A stretch of 64,000 nt of DNA, taken from the NCBI GenBank assembly GCA_027729635.1, contig JAQCEM010000010.1, forward strand, positions 422 to 64,421, read 5' to 3'. The first letter of the stretch is position 1. Every line of letters starts with the position of its first letter. Below, piece after piece: positions 9,091 to 18,189 of the stretch. The notes below the pieces were generated by a model. The model was not told the origin of the DNA. It did not search any database and was given only the letters and a program-made list of their open reading frames with translations. The stretch comes from Actinomycetota bacterium. Lineage in GTDB: Bacteria > Actinomycetota > Acidimicrobiia > Acidimicrobiales > Ilumatobacteraceae. A program made the translations under genes and the position numbers.

Positions 9091-9738
9091 TTATTCGGGG
9101 ATGATGGCTCCGGTGATGTTTGCGCCGGTGAGAATTGCACCAGTCATGTTTGCGCCGGTGAGATCAGCGTAGAACAAGTTGGCGTTTGTGAAGTCCACGT
9201 TGGTGAGATCAGCGCCGGTCAACACTGCATCGGCGAACTTGGCCCCAGCAAAGTCTGCGCCGACGAGTGAAGCTCCATCAAGTTGAGCTTTGCGGAAGTT
9301 GGATCCTGCGCCTTTCACGTCAGCCAAATTCGCATTCGACAAAATGGCCACCGAAAAATTGGCGTCGGTCAAGGTTGCGCCACTGATATCTGCGCCACTC
9401 AAGTCGGCAAATGAAAAGCCGGTTTCACTGAGGTCGGCCTGTGAGAGGTTCGCCGAAGTCATTGTTGCGGAACCGAAAAATGACTTTGTTAAATCTGAAC
9501 CTGACAAGTTCACTTCGGTCATGTCTTCGCCCTTGAAGTCGATGTCGATAAAGCTACTATTTGACAGATCTTGTCCCGCAAATTCGGTGGGTGCAGAATC
9601 TGCGACGGTATCGCTGGTGACTGATGCCGAGTCGGTTGACGGGGTTGATGATTCTTCTGAGTCATCACCGCCGCAACTTGCCAAGACGAAAAGTGAGATC
9701 AATGCGGTTGTTACTAATTTTTTTGACGTGTTTTTCAT
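9091..9738 (-). CDS. pentapeptide-repeat lipoprotein (secreted)
   Basis: Lipobox FVLASC at the N-terminus and a Ser/Asp-rich linker. About 30 consecutive A(D/N)LxG-type pentapeptides follow (ANLSQADLSETGFSFADLSGADISGATLTDANFSVAILSNANLADV...). Confidence 0.8.
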   Translation of the reverse strand: MKNTSKKLVTTALISLFVLASCGGDDSEESSTPSTDSASVTSDTVADSAPTEFAGQDLSNSSFIDIDFKGEDMTEVNLSGSDLTKSFFGSATMTSANLSQADLSETGFSFADLSGADISGATLTDANFSVAILSNANLADVKGAGSNFRKAQLDGASLVGADFAGAKFADAVLTGADLTNVDFTNANLFYADLTGANMTGAILTGANITGAIIPE

Positions 9739-9833
9739 AGTTCTGTCAAGTTAGTGAAGAACTAAGTCATGAACACTTGTAAAAAGTGTGACACTAGTTG
9801 CACCGTATCTGACATAACTTGTGGTGAAGATTT

Positions 9834-10991
9834 CTAGGTCGTGTAATCGGCATTAATGCGCACATAGCCGTCGGTGAGGTCGCAGCCCCACACAGTGCTG
9901 GTTGCTTGACCAGTTTGTAATGACACATGAATGCGGACATCGTCACCGCGCATGTATTCGCTCAGTTGCTTGAGCCCTGTTTCATTAACGGCAACTGGAT
10001 ACACCTCTTGATCACCAAAGCGAATAATGACTTTGTCTTGATCAATGTCGGTGTACTGACTGCATTTTCCGACAGCCATGGCAACTCGACCCCAATTGGG
10101 GTCGGCACCGTGAACCGCAGTTTTTACTAACGGTGAATTCACGATTGCTTTAGCGACAGTCTTGGCCTGTTCGCTGTCGCGGGCTTGGTCAACGCATACT
10201 TCAATGAGCGTTTCGGCACCTTCACCATCACGGGCAACTTGTTTCGTGAGTGAACGGGTGACTTCTTCAAGCGCGATTTCCAATTCAGCCAGATCGACTG
10301 CGCCGGCAGCACCGCTGGCCAACACGATGGCCGTATCTGATGTCGATGTGTCGGTGTCGACCGAAACGCAATTAAATGTGCGATCAATGACTCGACGCCA
10401 GATCGCATCAAGGGCATCACCTTCAACAGCAGCGTCGGTGAATGCCATGGTGATCAACGTCGCCATGTTCGGTTCAATCATGCCGACGCCTTTGGCAACA
10501 CCAACAACTCGAGCCGGGCCAGCACCGATCGTTGCTTCGGCAATTTTGTGCACAGTGTCAGTGGTCATGATGCCGCGGGCGACGGAGTCTGCATCGTTAT
10601 TGGGTAACGGAAACGGCAAGGACGCCAATCCAGTGCGAACTTTCTCAATGGGGTACGGGCGGCCGATGACTCCTGTTGAGGCAATGAGTACATCATGTGG
10701 GTCGCATCCGAGTTTGGCTGCGACGCCTTGCACTACTTCAAAAGCATTGGCAAGACCTTGTTCGCCCGTTGCAACATTGGCATTTTTGGAAATCACCACG
10801 ACGGCGCGAGCCGAATGACTTGCAATATGCTTGCACGAAACAAAAACACTCGGCCCAGCAAATCGGCTTTGTGTAAAGACGCCGGCTGCCGCAACAACAT
10901 TGTCGGCAGCGACAACTGTGAAGTCTTCGCTGGTGTCTTTGATGCCGATATTGGTAACAAAACTGGTGAATCCTTGGGGCAGAGCAGTCAT
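9834..10991 (-). CDS. argJ: bifunctional ornithine acetyltransferase / N-acetylglutamate synthase (ArgJ family)
   Basis: GVGMIEPNMATLITMAFTDAAV contains the autoproteolytic nucleophile Thr context. The C-terminal end DLTDGYVRINADYTT is typical of ArgJ. I place the start at the internal ATG (MTALPQGFTS...) at 10991 rather than 11036, which would overlap dapD. Confidence 0.85.
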   Translation of the reverse strand: MTALPQGFTSFVTNIGIKDTSEDFTVVAADNVVAAAGVFTQSRFAGPSVFVSCKHIASHSARAVVVISKNANVATGEQGLANAFEVVQGVAAKLGCDPHDVLIASTGVIGRPYPIEKVRTGLASLPFPLPNNDADSVARGIMTTDTVHKIAEATIGAGPARVVGVAKGVGMIEPNMATLITMAFTDAAVEGDALDAIWRRVIDRTFNCVSVDTDTSTSDTAIVLASGAAGAVDLAELEIALEEVTRSLTKQVARDGEGAETLIEVCVDQARDSEQAKTVAKAIVNSPLVKTAVHGADPNWGRVAMAVGKCSQYTDIDQDKVIIRFGDQEVYPVAVNETGLKQLSEYMRGDDVRIHVSLQTGQATSTVWGCDLTDGYVRINADYTT

Positions 10992-10999
10992 CGCAACTC

Positions 11000-11926
11000 C
11001 TAGTTTTTGTGGAGAGCGGCGTTGAGGCCACCCCAATTGCCCGAACGTTGTGTTGCTTCAATCGCACCGGTGACGCTGTTGCGACGGAACAACAATCCGC
11101 TTGCCCCCGACAACGTGCGTCCTTTCACGACCTCGCCATCGGGCAACGTGATGAGCGATCCGCCGGTGACGTACAAGCCTGCTTCAACGATGCATTCATC
11201 GCCAAGACTGATTCCGATGCCGGCATTTGCGCCGAGCAAGCAACGCTCACCAATACTGACAACTTCTTTCCCACCACCAGAAAGTGTGCCCATGATTGAG
11301 GCACCGCCACCGATGTCGCTTCCATCACCAACAACCACACCGGCCGAAATTCGTCCTTCAACCATCGACGCACCAAGGGTGCCAGCATTGAAATTGCAGA
11401 AACCTTCATGCATGACAGTGGTGCCGGACGACAAGTAAGCACCGAGTCGCACTCGATTGGCGTCGGCAATGCGCACGCCAGATGGCACAACGTAATCGGT
11501 CATACGTGGGAACTTGTCGAGGCCGTGAACATTAAGCAAGCGACCACTACGGCGTTCTTCCCAGCGAACTTGATCAATGTTTTCGGGCAAAATTGGCCCG
11601 ATATTGGTCCAGGCGACATTGGTGAGTAGCCCGAATGCGCCGTCGAGGTTGAGTGTGCGGGGCTTGGCCAGACGATGCGAGAGCAAGTGCAATCGCAAGT
11701 ACACATCGATCGCGTTGGTTGGTGCAGAGTCGGTATCAATCAGAATGGTCGCAACCGAAACCCGCACTCCACGCAATGCGTGGTGTTGATCATCGGTGGA
11801 ACGATCGGTGGTCGGTGCAGATTCGCCCCAACCAAGTTCGTGGAACCAAGCATCAAGAACGGTTCCGTCATTGCTCGAGCCATTATCAACTCGAGTGACC
11901 AGTGCGTGACCCCATGCTGCGGGCAT
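11000..11926 (-). CDS. dapD: 2,3,4,5-tetrahydropyridine-2,6-dicarboxylate N-succinyltransferase
   Basis: 308 aa. Actinobacterial-type DapD with left-handed beta-helix hexapeptide repeats ([35 protein letters not shown]...[26 protein letters not shown]). Confidence 0.85.
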   Translation of the reverse strand: MPAAWGHALVTRVDNGSSNDGTVLDAWFHELGWGESAPTTDRSTDDQHHALRGVRVSVATILIDTDSAPTNAIDVYLRLHLLSHRLAKPRTLNLDGAFGLLTNVAWTNIGPILPENIDQVRWEERRSGRLLNVHGLDKFPRMTDYVVPSGVRIADANRVRLGAYLSSGTTVMHEGFCNFNAGTLGASMVEGRISAGVVVGDGSDIGGGASIMGTLSGGGKEVVSIGERCLLGANAGIGISLGDECIVEAGLYVTGGSLITLPDGEVVKGRTLSGASGLLFRRNSVTGAIEATQRSGNWGGLNAALHKN

Positions 11927-11950
11927 AACTACTCCTTATTGAACGTGCGA

Positions 11951-13561
11951 TTAAAACGCTTCAGGACGAAGCGTGGGGAACAAAATGACTTCTTTGATTG
12001 AAGAGACACCCGAAAGCAACATGGCAACACGATCCATGCCGATTCCGAGACCACCAGTTGGTGGTAAACCGAATTCGAGGGCGCGTAGGTAATCTTCGTC
12101 AACAGTGCCGCGTTCAGCATCGCCGGCATCTTTGGCGGCTTGCTCTTCTTCAAAACGCATTCGTTGTTCAACTGGGTCGTTGAGTTCGCTATAGCCATTG
12201 GCGAGTTCGCGAGCGCCGACGAACAGTTCAAAACGTTCAGTGATGAATGGATCGTTGCGATCGGAGCGTGCCAACGGAGAGATCTCAACTGGATGACCTG
12301 TGACAAATGTGGGACGAATGAGCGAAGACTCAGCGGTGAACTCAAAGATCGCTTCGATCATCTTGCCCGAACCCCAACGCTTGTCGTAGCGCATACCCAA
12401 TTTGTCGGCGAGTGCACGAAGAGTTTCAACGGGCTGTGATGGATGGGTTTCAACACCAGTCTTTTCGGCGATGAGTTCCATCATGGTGGCACGACGCCAT
12501 GGTTCGGCAAGGTCGACAGTATGGACAATTCCAGCCGGGTCGGCGATACCAACAATGGTTGTGCCGATGGCATCGCGCGCTGCTTGCACAATGAGTTCTT
12601 CGCAGATAGCCATGACTTCGCTGTAGTCGCCGAAAGCCTGATATAGCTCCATCATGGTGAACTCAGGGTTGTGGCGGGTGCTAATGCCTTCATTACGGAA
12701 GACACGACCAATTTCGTAGACGCGCTCCATACCACCAACGATGAGTCGCTTGAGGTGAAGTTCGAGTGCGATGCGCAAGTACAACTGCATGTCGAGTGAA
12801 TTGTGATGAGTTACGAAGGGTCGAGCATGTGCGCCGCCGGCTTCGACGTGCAAGACCGGTGTCTCAACTTCAATGAAGTCTTTGGCAGCCAACGAACGAC
12901 GAAAACTTGATATCACGGCATGGCGAACTTCAAATACACGACGTGCGTCTTCGTTAACGATGAGATCGGTGTAACGCTGACGGAAACGAGTGTCGGTATC
13001 GGTGAGACCCTTCCACTTGTTGGGAAGTGGACGCACTGCCTTGGACAACAACTCAAGTCGTGAGACCTTGATGGACAATTCACCCTTGCGAGTAGTCATG
13101 ACATTGCCGTACACACCGACCCAGTCGCCAAGGTCAAGAGATGCGACATCGGCGAAACCTTCGTCGCCGATCACTGCCTTTGAAACAAACAACTGAATAT
13201 CAGATGAACGATCGCGAACGGTTCCGAAAATCAGTTTGCCCTGTTCGCGCTTGAGCATGATGCGCCCAGCGATGGCCACTTCATTTTCGGTCTCGGTGCC
13301 GGCCTCAAGGTGGCCCCAAGTAGCGCGAATCTCAGCCAGGGTGTGGGTGCGGTCAAAACGGTAGGGGTAGGGGTTGACTCCCTTGGCACGCATGTCATCG
13401 AGTTGGCCAAGGCGACGGCTCTTTTCGGCCTGAAGTCCGCTTCCCGTCAGTTCGGAGACGTCGAGATCTACGTTTTCGTCGGGGGTATTTGACTCTGCAC
13501 TCACAAGAGTAAGACGGTAGTTGCTAGAGCGCCGTTGCGCTGAGTTCTTTTGCCCGTGCAT
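11951..13561 (-). CDS. lysS: lysine--tRNA ligase, class II
   Basis: OB-fold anticodon-binding region (VAIAGRIMLKREQGKLIFGTVRDRSSDIQLF). Class II motifs: FIEVETPVL, RIALELHLKRLIVGG..RVYEIGRVFRNEG, GIGMDRVAMLL. The start is uncertain; a GTG at 13504 is an alternative. Confidence 0.9.
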   Translation of the reverse strand: MHGQKNSAQRRSSNYRLTLVSAESNTPDENVDLDVSELTGSGLQAEKSRRLGQLDDMRAKGVNPYPYRFDRTHTLAEIRATWGHLEAGTETENEVAIAGRIMLKREQGKLIFGTVRDRSSDIQLFVSKAVIGDEGFADVASLDLGDWVGVYGNVMTTRKGELSIKVSRLELLSKAVRPLPNKWKGLTDTDTRFRQRYTDLIVNEDARRVFEVRHAVISSFRRSLAAKDFIEVETPVLHVEAGGAHARPFVTHHNSLDMQLYLRIALELHLKRLIVGGMERVYEIGRVFRNEGISTRHNPEFTMMELYQAFGDYSEVMAICEELIVQAARDAIGTTIVGIADPAGIVHTVDLAEPWRRATMMELIAEKTGVETHPSQPVETLRALADKLGMRYDKRWGSGKMIEAIFEFTAESSLIRPTFVTGHPVEISPLARSDRNDPFITERFELFVGARELANGYSELNDPVEQRMRFEEEQAAKDAGDAERGTVDEDYLRALEFGLPPTGGLGIGMDRVAMLLSGVSSIKEVILFPTLRPEAF

Positions 13562-13652
13562 TGTGAGAAACGATGATTGGTGAGTCGTTGACTTGACCGC
13601 TGTCTCAGCCGAACCACTCGGTGGGCTCTAACCCGAGGGCTAGCCTGACCAC

Positions 13653-15017
13653 ATGGCAGTACGTTTTCTCATTATTGGTGGCGGTCCCGCCGGAAATACC
13701 GCAGCGACATATGCGGCGCGCTTAGGCGCTGAAGTCATTATGGTCGAGCGAGAAATTGTTGGAGGTGCGGCCCACTTGATGGATTGCATTCCGTCCAAAA
13801 CCATGATCGCAACTGGCGGAGCGATGACTTTCGGCCGTAAATCGGCTGGTATGGGCCTCGAAGAGATGCAACCCGAAGTTGACGTAGAGGCCTTAACTGA
13901 CCGCATCGAAGACATTAAAGGTCATCTGTCAGATAGCACGACCGAACTATTGGTGAGTCAAGGTGTGCGCATCATCAAAGGAAGTGCCAGTTTTGCTTCG
14001 CCGCACAGTGCGATTGTGACGTCAGCCGATGGCAGCGAAGAAACGATTGAGTTTGATGCGACCATGATTTCAACGGGTTCACGCCCGCGAATCCCCGATT
14101 GGGTGCAACCCGACGGTGAAAGAATTTTGACGACGCGCGATTGCTATCCGCCCAAGATTTTCCCGACCAATGTATGCATCGTTGGATCAGGTGTAACCGG
14201 CGTTGAGTTTGTGCATATGTTTGAATCGTTCGGGTCCAAGGTTTCGTTGGTTGTGAGCCGTCAACAAGTTCTGCCCGGCAAAGACCCCGAAGTTGCAGCA
14301 GTTCTTGAAGAAGACTTCTTACGACGCGGAGTGCGTTTGTTGAAAGGCGCGCGCGCCGAATCAATTGAGCGCGAAGGCGATGAAGTTGTGATCAAATGTG
14401 ATGACGGTCGTCAGGTTCGGGCGAGCCATGCGGTGCTCACAATTGGTTCAGTCCCTAATAGCGATGGGCTCAATCTTGATTTGGCTGGCGTTCACATGGA
14501 TGGTGGCGGCTACGTTCCGATTAACCATCACTGCATCACGAATGTTGAACACATTTATGCGGCTGGTGACGTGAGCGGCAAATTGCCGCTGTCCTCGGTG
14601 GCATCAATGCAAGGTCGTAAAATTGCCGAGCATGTGATGGGATTGCATACTCGTGAACATCGTCATCTTGATTACGACAAAGCGGCATCAGCGATTTTCA
14701 CCGAGCCCGAAATCGCCGATGTGGGACTCGCAGAAGCCGAAGCATTTGCGCACGGTCGCAAGATTCGTGTGACTAAGGTGCCGTTCTCGGCGACGCCCAA
14801 AGCATTGATTAACAATGATGCGCGTGGCTTCGTGAAAATCATTTCTGACCCAGCAACTGGTGTCGTGCTTGGTGGATCAATTGTGGGTCGCCATGCAGCT
14901 GAACTCATTAGCGTGATCGCTCTTGCTGTAACGGCCAATTTGAAAGTCTCTGACATCGTTGAAAGTCTTTTAGTCCACCCCGCCTTGGCAGAAGCCCTGG
15001 CCGAAGCAGCAGAATAA
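13653..15017 (+). CDS. pyridine nucleotide-disulfide oxidoreductase, LpdA-type NAD(P)H quinone reductase-like (single-Cys variant of dihydrolipoamide dehydrogenase)
   Basis: FAD motif IIGGGPAGNTAA, NAD motif IVGSGVTGVEF and a C-terminal dimerisation domain. The usual redox disulfide CxxxxC reads GGAAHLMDCIPSK, so only one Cys is present. Confidence 0.8.
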   Translation: MAVRFLIIGGGPAGNTAATYAARLGAEVIMVEREIVGGAAHLMDCIPSKTMIATGGAMTFGRKSAGMGLEEMQPEVDVEALTDRIEDIKGHLSDSTTELLVSQGVRIIKGSASFASPHSAIVTSADGSEETIEFDATMISTGSRPRIPDWVQPDGERILTTRDCYPPKIFPTNVCIVGSGVTGVEFVHMFESFGSKVSLVVSRQQVLPGKDPEVAAVLEEDFLRRGVRLLKGARAESIEREGDEVVIKCDDGRQVRASHAVLTIGSVPNSDGLNLDLAGVHMDGGGYVPINHHCITNVEHIYAAGDVSGKLPLSSVASMQGRKIAEHVMGLHTREHRHLDYDKAASAIFTEPEIADVGLAEAEAFAHGRKIRVTKVPFSATPKALINNDARGFVKIISDPATGVVLGGSIVGRHAAELISVIALAVTANLKVSDIVESLLVHPALAEALAEAAE

Positions 15018-15023
15018 ACACAC

Positions 15024-15494
15024 ATGAGCGATTTTGATCCACCCGTACTTGTTGAAACCCCGCAAGCCGACGCTTTAGCAAGTGTCGGGCAGCGCGCTCT
15101 GGCCCAAGTGTTAGATGGACTGATTATCGGAATCCCGTTGTTCGTTCTGACGCTGTCGTTCGGGGGCGATCTGACCGACACGCAGGACGACAATCTGTTG
15201 TGGCTGACCCTGTTGTGGCTGGGCGTTGGCCTGTTTTACAACACGGCGTTCGTGGCCATTTCGGGTGCCACGCCGGGCAAACGCATCATGAAGTTGCGCG
15301 TGGTGAATCGCACCGACGGCTCACCGGTGAACTGGACCTACGCAGCTGTGCGCGCGCTGATACCCACCGTGGCCGGCGTGGTGCCGGTGATCGGGTTCGC
15401 TTTGAACATTGCGGTGTATGTACGCGCAGCATTTCACCCGTTGCGTCAAGGTTTGCACGATGCCGCCGCTGGCACCATCGTTGTGAAGCGCTAA
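15024..15494 (+). CDS. RDD family membrane protein
   Basis: 156 aa. R-x-x-A-x-x-LD-x-LI at the first TM, three hydrophobic segments, and GATPGKRIMKLRVVNRTDG, which is typical of RDD domains. Confidence 0.7.
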   Translation: MSDFDPPVLVETPQADALASVGQRALAQVLDGLIIGIPLFVLTLSFGGDLTDTQDDNLLWLTLLWLGVGLFYNTAFVAISGATPGKRIMKLRVVNRTDGSPVNWTYAAVRALIPTVAGVVPVIGFALNIAVYVRAAFHPLRQGLHDAAAGTIVVKR

Positions 15495-15512
15495 AAGATC
15501 AATAAACGTTGA

Positions 15513-17288
15513 TCAGGCAATAACAACGACAACGTCGCCAGAACCGACGGTGTCGCCAGCCTTGACTTTGATCTCGGTGACCTTGCCGGTCTTCTCAGCC
15601 AAAATCTGGTTTTCCATTTTCATGGCTTCAAGTACACACACTGCCTGACCCGATTCGACTTCTTGACCGACTTCAACGAGCACCTTGACGATGGTTCCTT
15701 GCATCGGCACGGTGACTTGTCCAGAACCAGCACCGCCACCTGCGCCACTGCCGGCAGCGCGCTTGGGCTTTGCGGTCTTAGGTGCACCATTCGAAATGAC
15801 AGCAGTCTGTTCGGGAACCCACATCGCAACATCAAAACGCTTGCCGTTGATTTCAACAGTGGTGTTACGACGTACCAGAGGTTCGGCGTCGTCACCCGAC
15901 GAAGCCGGAGCAGCATTTTCAATTCCGGAAAGGTCGAGAACCTCTTCAACCCACTTCGTTGAATGCTTCATCGCAGCAAAGTCTGGGTGCTTCAAAATTG
16001 CCAAGTCGGCGGGAATCGTGGTGTGAACACCTTCGACAACCATCTCTTCAAGTGCACGAATGGTGCGGGCAATTGCCGTTGGGCGATCTTTGCCCCACAC
16101 GATGAGTTTGCCAACCAAGTTGTCGTAGTACTGGCTGATCTCGTCGCCACTTTCGTAGCCCGAGTCAAAGCGCACACCAAAACCATCGGAGGGAACAAGC
16201 TTGGTGATCTTGCCTGGTGACGGCAAGAACTTTCCGCCAGCAGGGTTTTCGGCGTTGATACGAATTTCAATACCGTGACCATTACGACGAGCAGTGACTT
16301 CTTCTTGAGTCATGGGCAACTTTTCGCCGCCAGCAACTCGTAGCTGCCATTCAACGAGATCGATGCCCGTGATGACTTCTGAAACAGGGTGTTCAACTTG
16401 CAAACGAGTGTTCATTTCCAAGAAGAAGAATTCGCCATCTTGGTAAATGAATTCAACGGTTCCGGCATTGAAATAACCAACGGCGCGAGCAGCCAGAACT
16501 GCGGCCTCACCCATTGCTTCTTCAACACCTTCGCCCATGGCAATGGCGGGAGCTTCTTCAACGAGCTTTTGGTGACGCCGTTGTGCTGAACAGTCGCGAG
16601 TCGAGACCCAGACGTAGTTGCCGTGCTGGTCGCCGACCAACTGCACTTCAACGTGGCGCGGCCAGGTGAGGTACTTCTCAACATAAATTTCATCGCGACC
16701 GAAGAATGCTTTTGCTTCACGTTGTGCACTGTCCATTGCTTCTTGAACGGTTTCAGCGTTGTGCACAACTTTCATGCCACGACCGCCACCGCCGAAGGCA
16801 GCCTTAATTGCGATGGGGTAACCAAAGTCGGCACCGAACTTCTTAATTTCATCAGCAGTTGTGACGAATTCGGTGGTGCCCGGAACGATGGGGCAACCGC
16901 CGCGCAACGCAGCTTTACGACTTGAAACTTTGTCACCCATTTCGCGAATTGCATCGCCTGGGGGTCCAATGAAAGCCACACCCATATTGGTGATGGCATC
17001 AGCGAAATCGGCGTTCTCACTGAAGAATCCGTAACCGGGGTGAACTCCGTCGGCGCCGCTTTTGCGAATGGCTTCGAGGATTACCTCGGTGTTGAGGTAA
17101 CTCTCGGCTGCGGTTTGGCCACCAAGGGCGTAGGCCTCATCGGCAAGACGCACATGAAGGGCGTTGCGATCGAGTTCGGAATACACCGCCACGGTGGCGA
17201 TTCCCATCTCTCGAGCGGCTCGGATCACGCGTACTGCGATCTCTCCGCGGTTGGCAATCACGATCTTCGTTAGGGGTTTAGTCGACAC
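15513..17288 (-). CDS. accA: acyl-CoA carboxylase alpha subunit (biotin carboxylase + BCCP domain)
   Basis: KIVIANRGEIAVRVIRAAREMGI at the N-terminus, an ATP-grasp core, and a C-terminal biotinyl motif LEAMKMEN. I place the start at GTG 17288 (VSTKPLTKIVIANRGE). The tracked ATG at 17432 would add 48 non-conserved residues and overlap birA. Confidence 0.9.
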   Translation of the reverse strand: MSTKPLTKIVIANRGEIAVRVIRAAREMGIATVAVYSELDRNALHVRLADEAYALGGQTAAESYLNTEVILEAIRKSGADGVHPGYGFFSENADFADAITNMGVAFIGPPGDAIREMGDKVSSRKAALRGGCPIVPGTTEFVTTADEIKKFGADFGYPIAIKAAFGGGGRGMKVVHNAETVQEAMDSAQREAKAFFGRDEIYVEKYLTWPRHVEVQLVGDQHGNYVWVSTRDCSAQRRHQKLVEEAPAIAMGEGVEEAMGEAAVLAARAVGYFNAGTVEFIYQDGEFFFLEMNTRLQVEHPVSEVITGIDLVEWQLRVAGGEKLPMTQEEVTARRNGHGIEIRINAENPAGGKFLPSPGKITKLVPSDGFGVRFDSGYESGDEISQYYDNLVGKLIVWGKDRPTAIARTIRALEEMVVEGVHTTIPADLAILKHPDFAAMKHSTKWVEEVLDLSGIENAAPASSGDDAEPLVRRNTTVEINGKRFDVAMWVPEQTAVISNGAPKTAKPKRAAGSGAGGGAGSGQVTVPMQGTIVKVLVEVGQEVESGQAVCVLEAMKMENQILAEKTGKVTEIKVKAGDTVGSGDVVVVIA

Positions 17289-17307
17289 AAGTGACAATGT
17301 TGGTCTG

Positions 17308-18135
17308 ATGGAGACCCCTTTCGCCACCTCAAACGACGAGAACTTGCCCGGAGAGGCAATTTTTGGCGAAAAAATCGGAAAACTTCCGAAATCTTGGCAG
17401 GTTCGTTGGTTGGCGACGACCGGAAGTACCAACGATGACCTCTTGGCGGCTGGGCGGCTCGGTGCTGATGGTCGGGTGGCTTTGGTGACCGACTATCAAT
17501 CGGCGGGTCGGGGGCGCTTAGACCGAAAGTGGGTGGCTCCTGATGGGGCGAACCTGTTGGTGAGCCTGTTGTTGCGCGACGTGCCGCGATTTCCTCATGC
17601 TCTGACGCACGCGGTGGCGTTGGCTGCAGCGGCAGCGAGCGAAACGGTGGTGAGCGCGGCCGGAGGAAAAGTCAAGGTTGATGTCAAATGGCCGAATGAT
17701 TTGTTGGTCGGTGGATGCAAGTTGGCCGGCATCTTGTCGGTCGCCGGACCAATGAAAACAATGATGACCGATGTTGAGTCGTATGTCGTACCTGAATTTG
17801 TCGTGGTTGGTCTCGGACTCAACGTTGGTTGGGCGCCTGAAGGTGCGGCCTGTTTGCAAGAGTTTGCAGCTGACGCAATTGAACGAGACGCAGTGTTGAA
17901 AGCACTTTTGGTTGCGTTGGATCGACTGCTTGATTTGTCGCCCGCTCAACTTCATGAGCGCTATCGAACCAAATTGTCAACGTTGCGACGGTCGGTGCGC
18001 GTTGAATTGCCGTCAGGTGAATTTGTGGAAGGGCGGGCCCTTGACGTTGAAGCCGACGGGCGACTCGTCGTGCTTGATTCATGCGGAGTGACCCAACGAC
18101 TCGATGTCGGCGACATCGTCCACCTGCGTTCGTAA
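17308..18135 (+). CDS. birA: biotin--[acetyl-CoA-carboxylase] ligase (group I, no HTH)
   Basis: TGSTNDDL, QSAGRGRLDRKW (the GRGRxxRxW biotin-binding loop) and KWPNDLLVGGCKLAGIL. The start is taken at ATG 17308 (METPF...). Confidence 0.85.
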   Translation: METPFATSNDENLPGEAIFGEKIGKLPKSWQVRWLATTGSTNDDLLAAGRLGADGRVALVTDYQSAGRGRLDRKWVAPDGANLLVSLLLRDVPRFPHALTHAVALAAAAASETVVSAAGGKVKVDVKWPNDLLVGGCKLAGILSVAGPMKTMMTDVESYVVPEFVVVGLGLNVGWAPEGAACLQEFAADAIERDAVLKALLVALDRLLDLSPAQLHERYRTKLSTLRRSVRVELPSGEFVEGRALDVEADGRLVVLDSCGVTQRLDVGDIVHLRS

Positions 18136-18189
18136 TCAGTTGGCAGGCATGACAAGCCTGAGGGGTATCAGGCGAATAGTTTCTAAGGC

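Noticed and set aside
9739-9833. Possible terminator or promoter structure (ACACTT-N5-AAGTGT) between argJ and the pentapeptide gene
   Set aside because: The stem is 6 bp with no T-run on the relevant strand. The region is simply AT-rich and probably holds the pentapeptide gene promoter, which I cannot pinpoint.
10162-10818. Long antisense ORFs inside well-supported genes (e.g. 10162..10818 in argJ, 4412..4978 in rnhA, 22043..22648 in rmlD, 25555..26136 in the ACAD gene, 34313..34849 in dnaE2, 46449..46973 in nudC, 54430..54972 in the ADH gene, 14672..15193, 8235..8687)
   Set aside because: All lie opposite genes with clear family motifs. Their translations are Arg/Ser/Pro/Ala-rich with no domains, as expected for shadow frames in GC-rich DNA.
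15497-15514. Terminator hairpin GATCAA-TAAACG-TTGATC between the RDD gene and accA
   Set aside because: The stem is only 6 bp and AT-rich, it overlaps the accA stop codon, and there is no U-tract. This is too weak to call.
17289-17432. Longer accA N-terminus from the ATG at 17432 (and the birA ORF extension from 17164)
   Set aside because: The extra residues are non-conserved and the two extensions overlap each other on opposite strands. The conserved biotin carboxylase N-terminus (KIVIANRGE) begins right after GTG 17288, and the birA core begins after ATG 17308.
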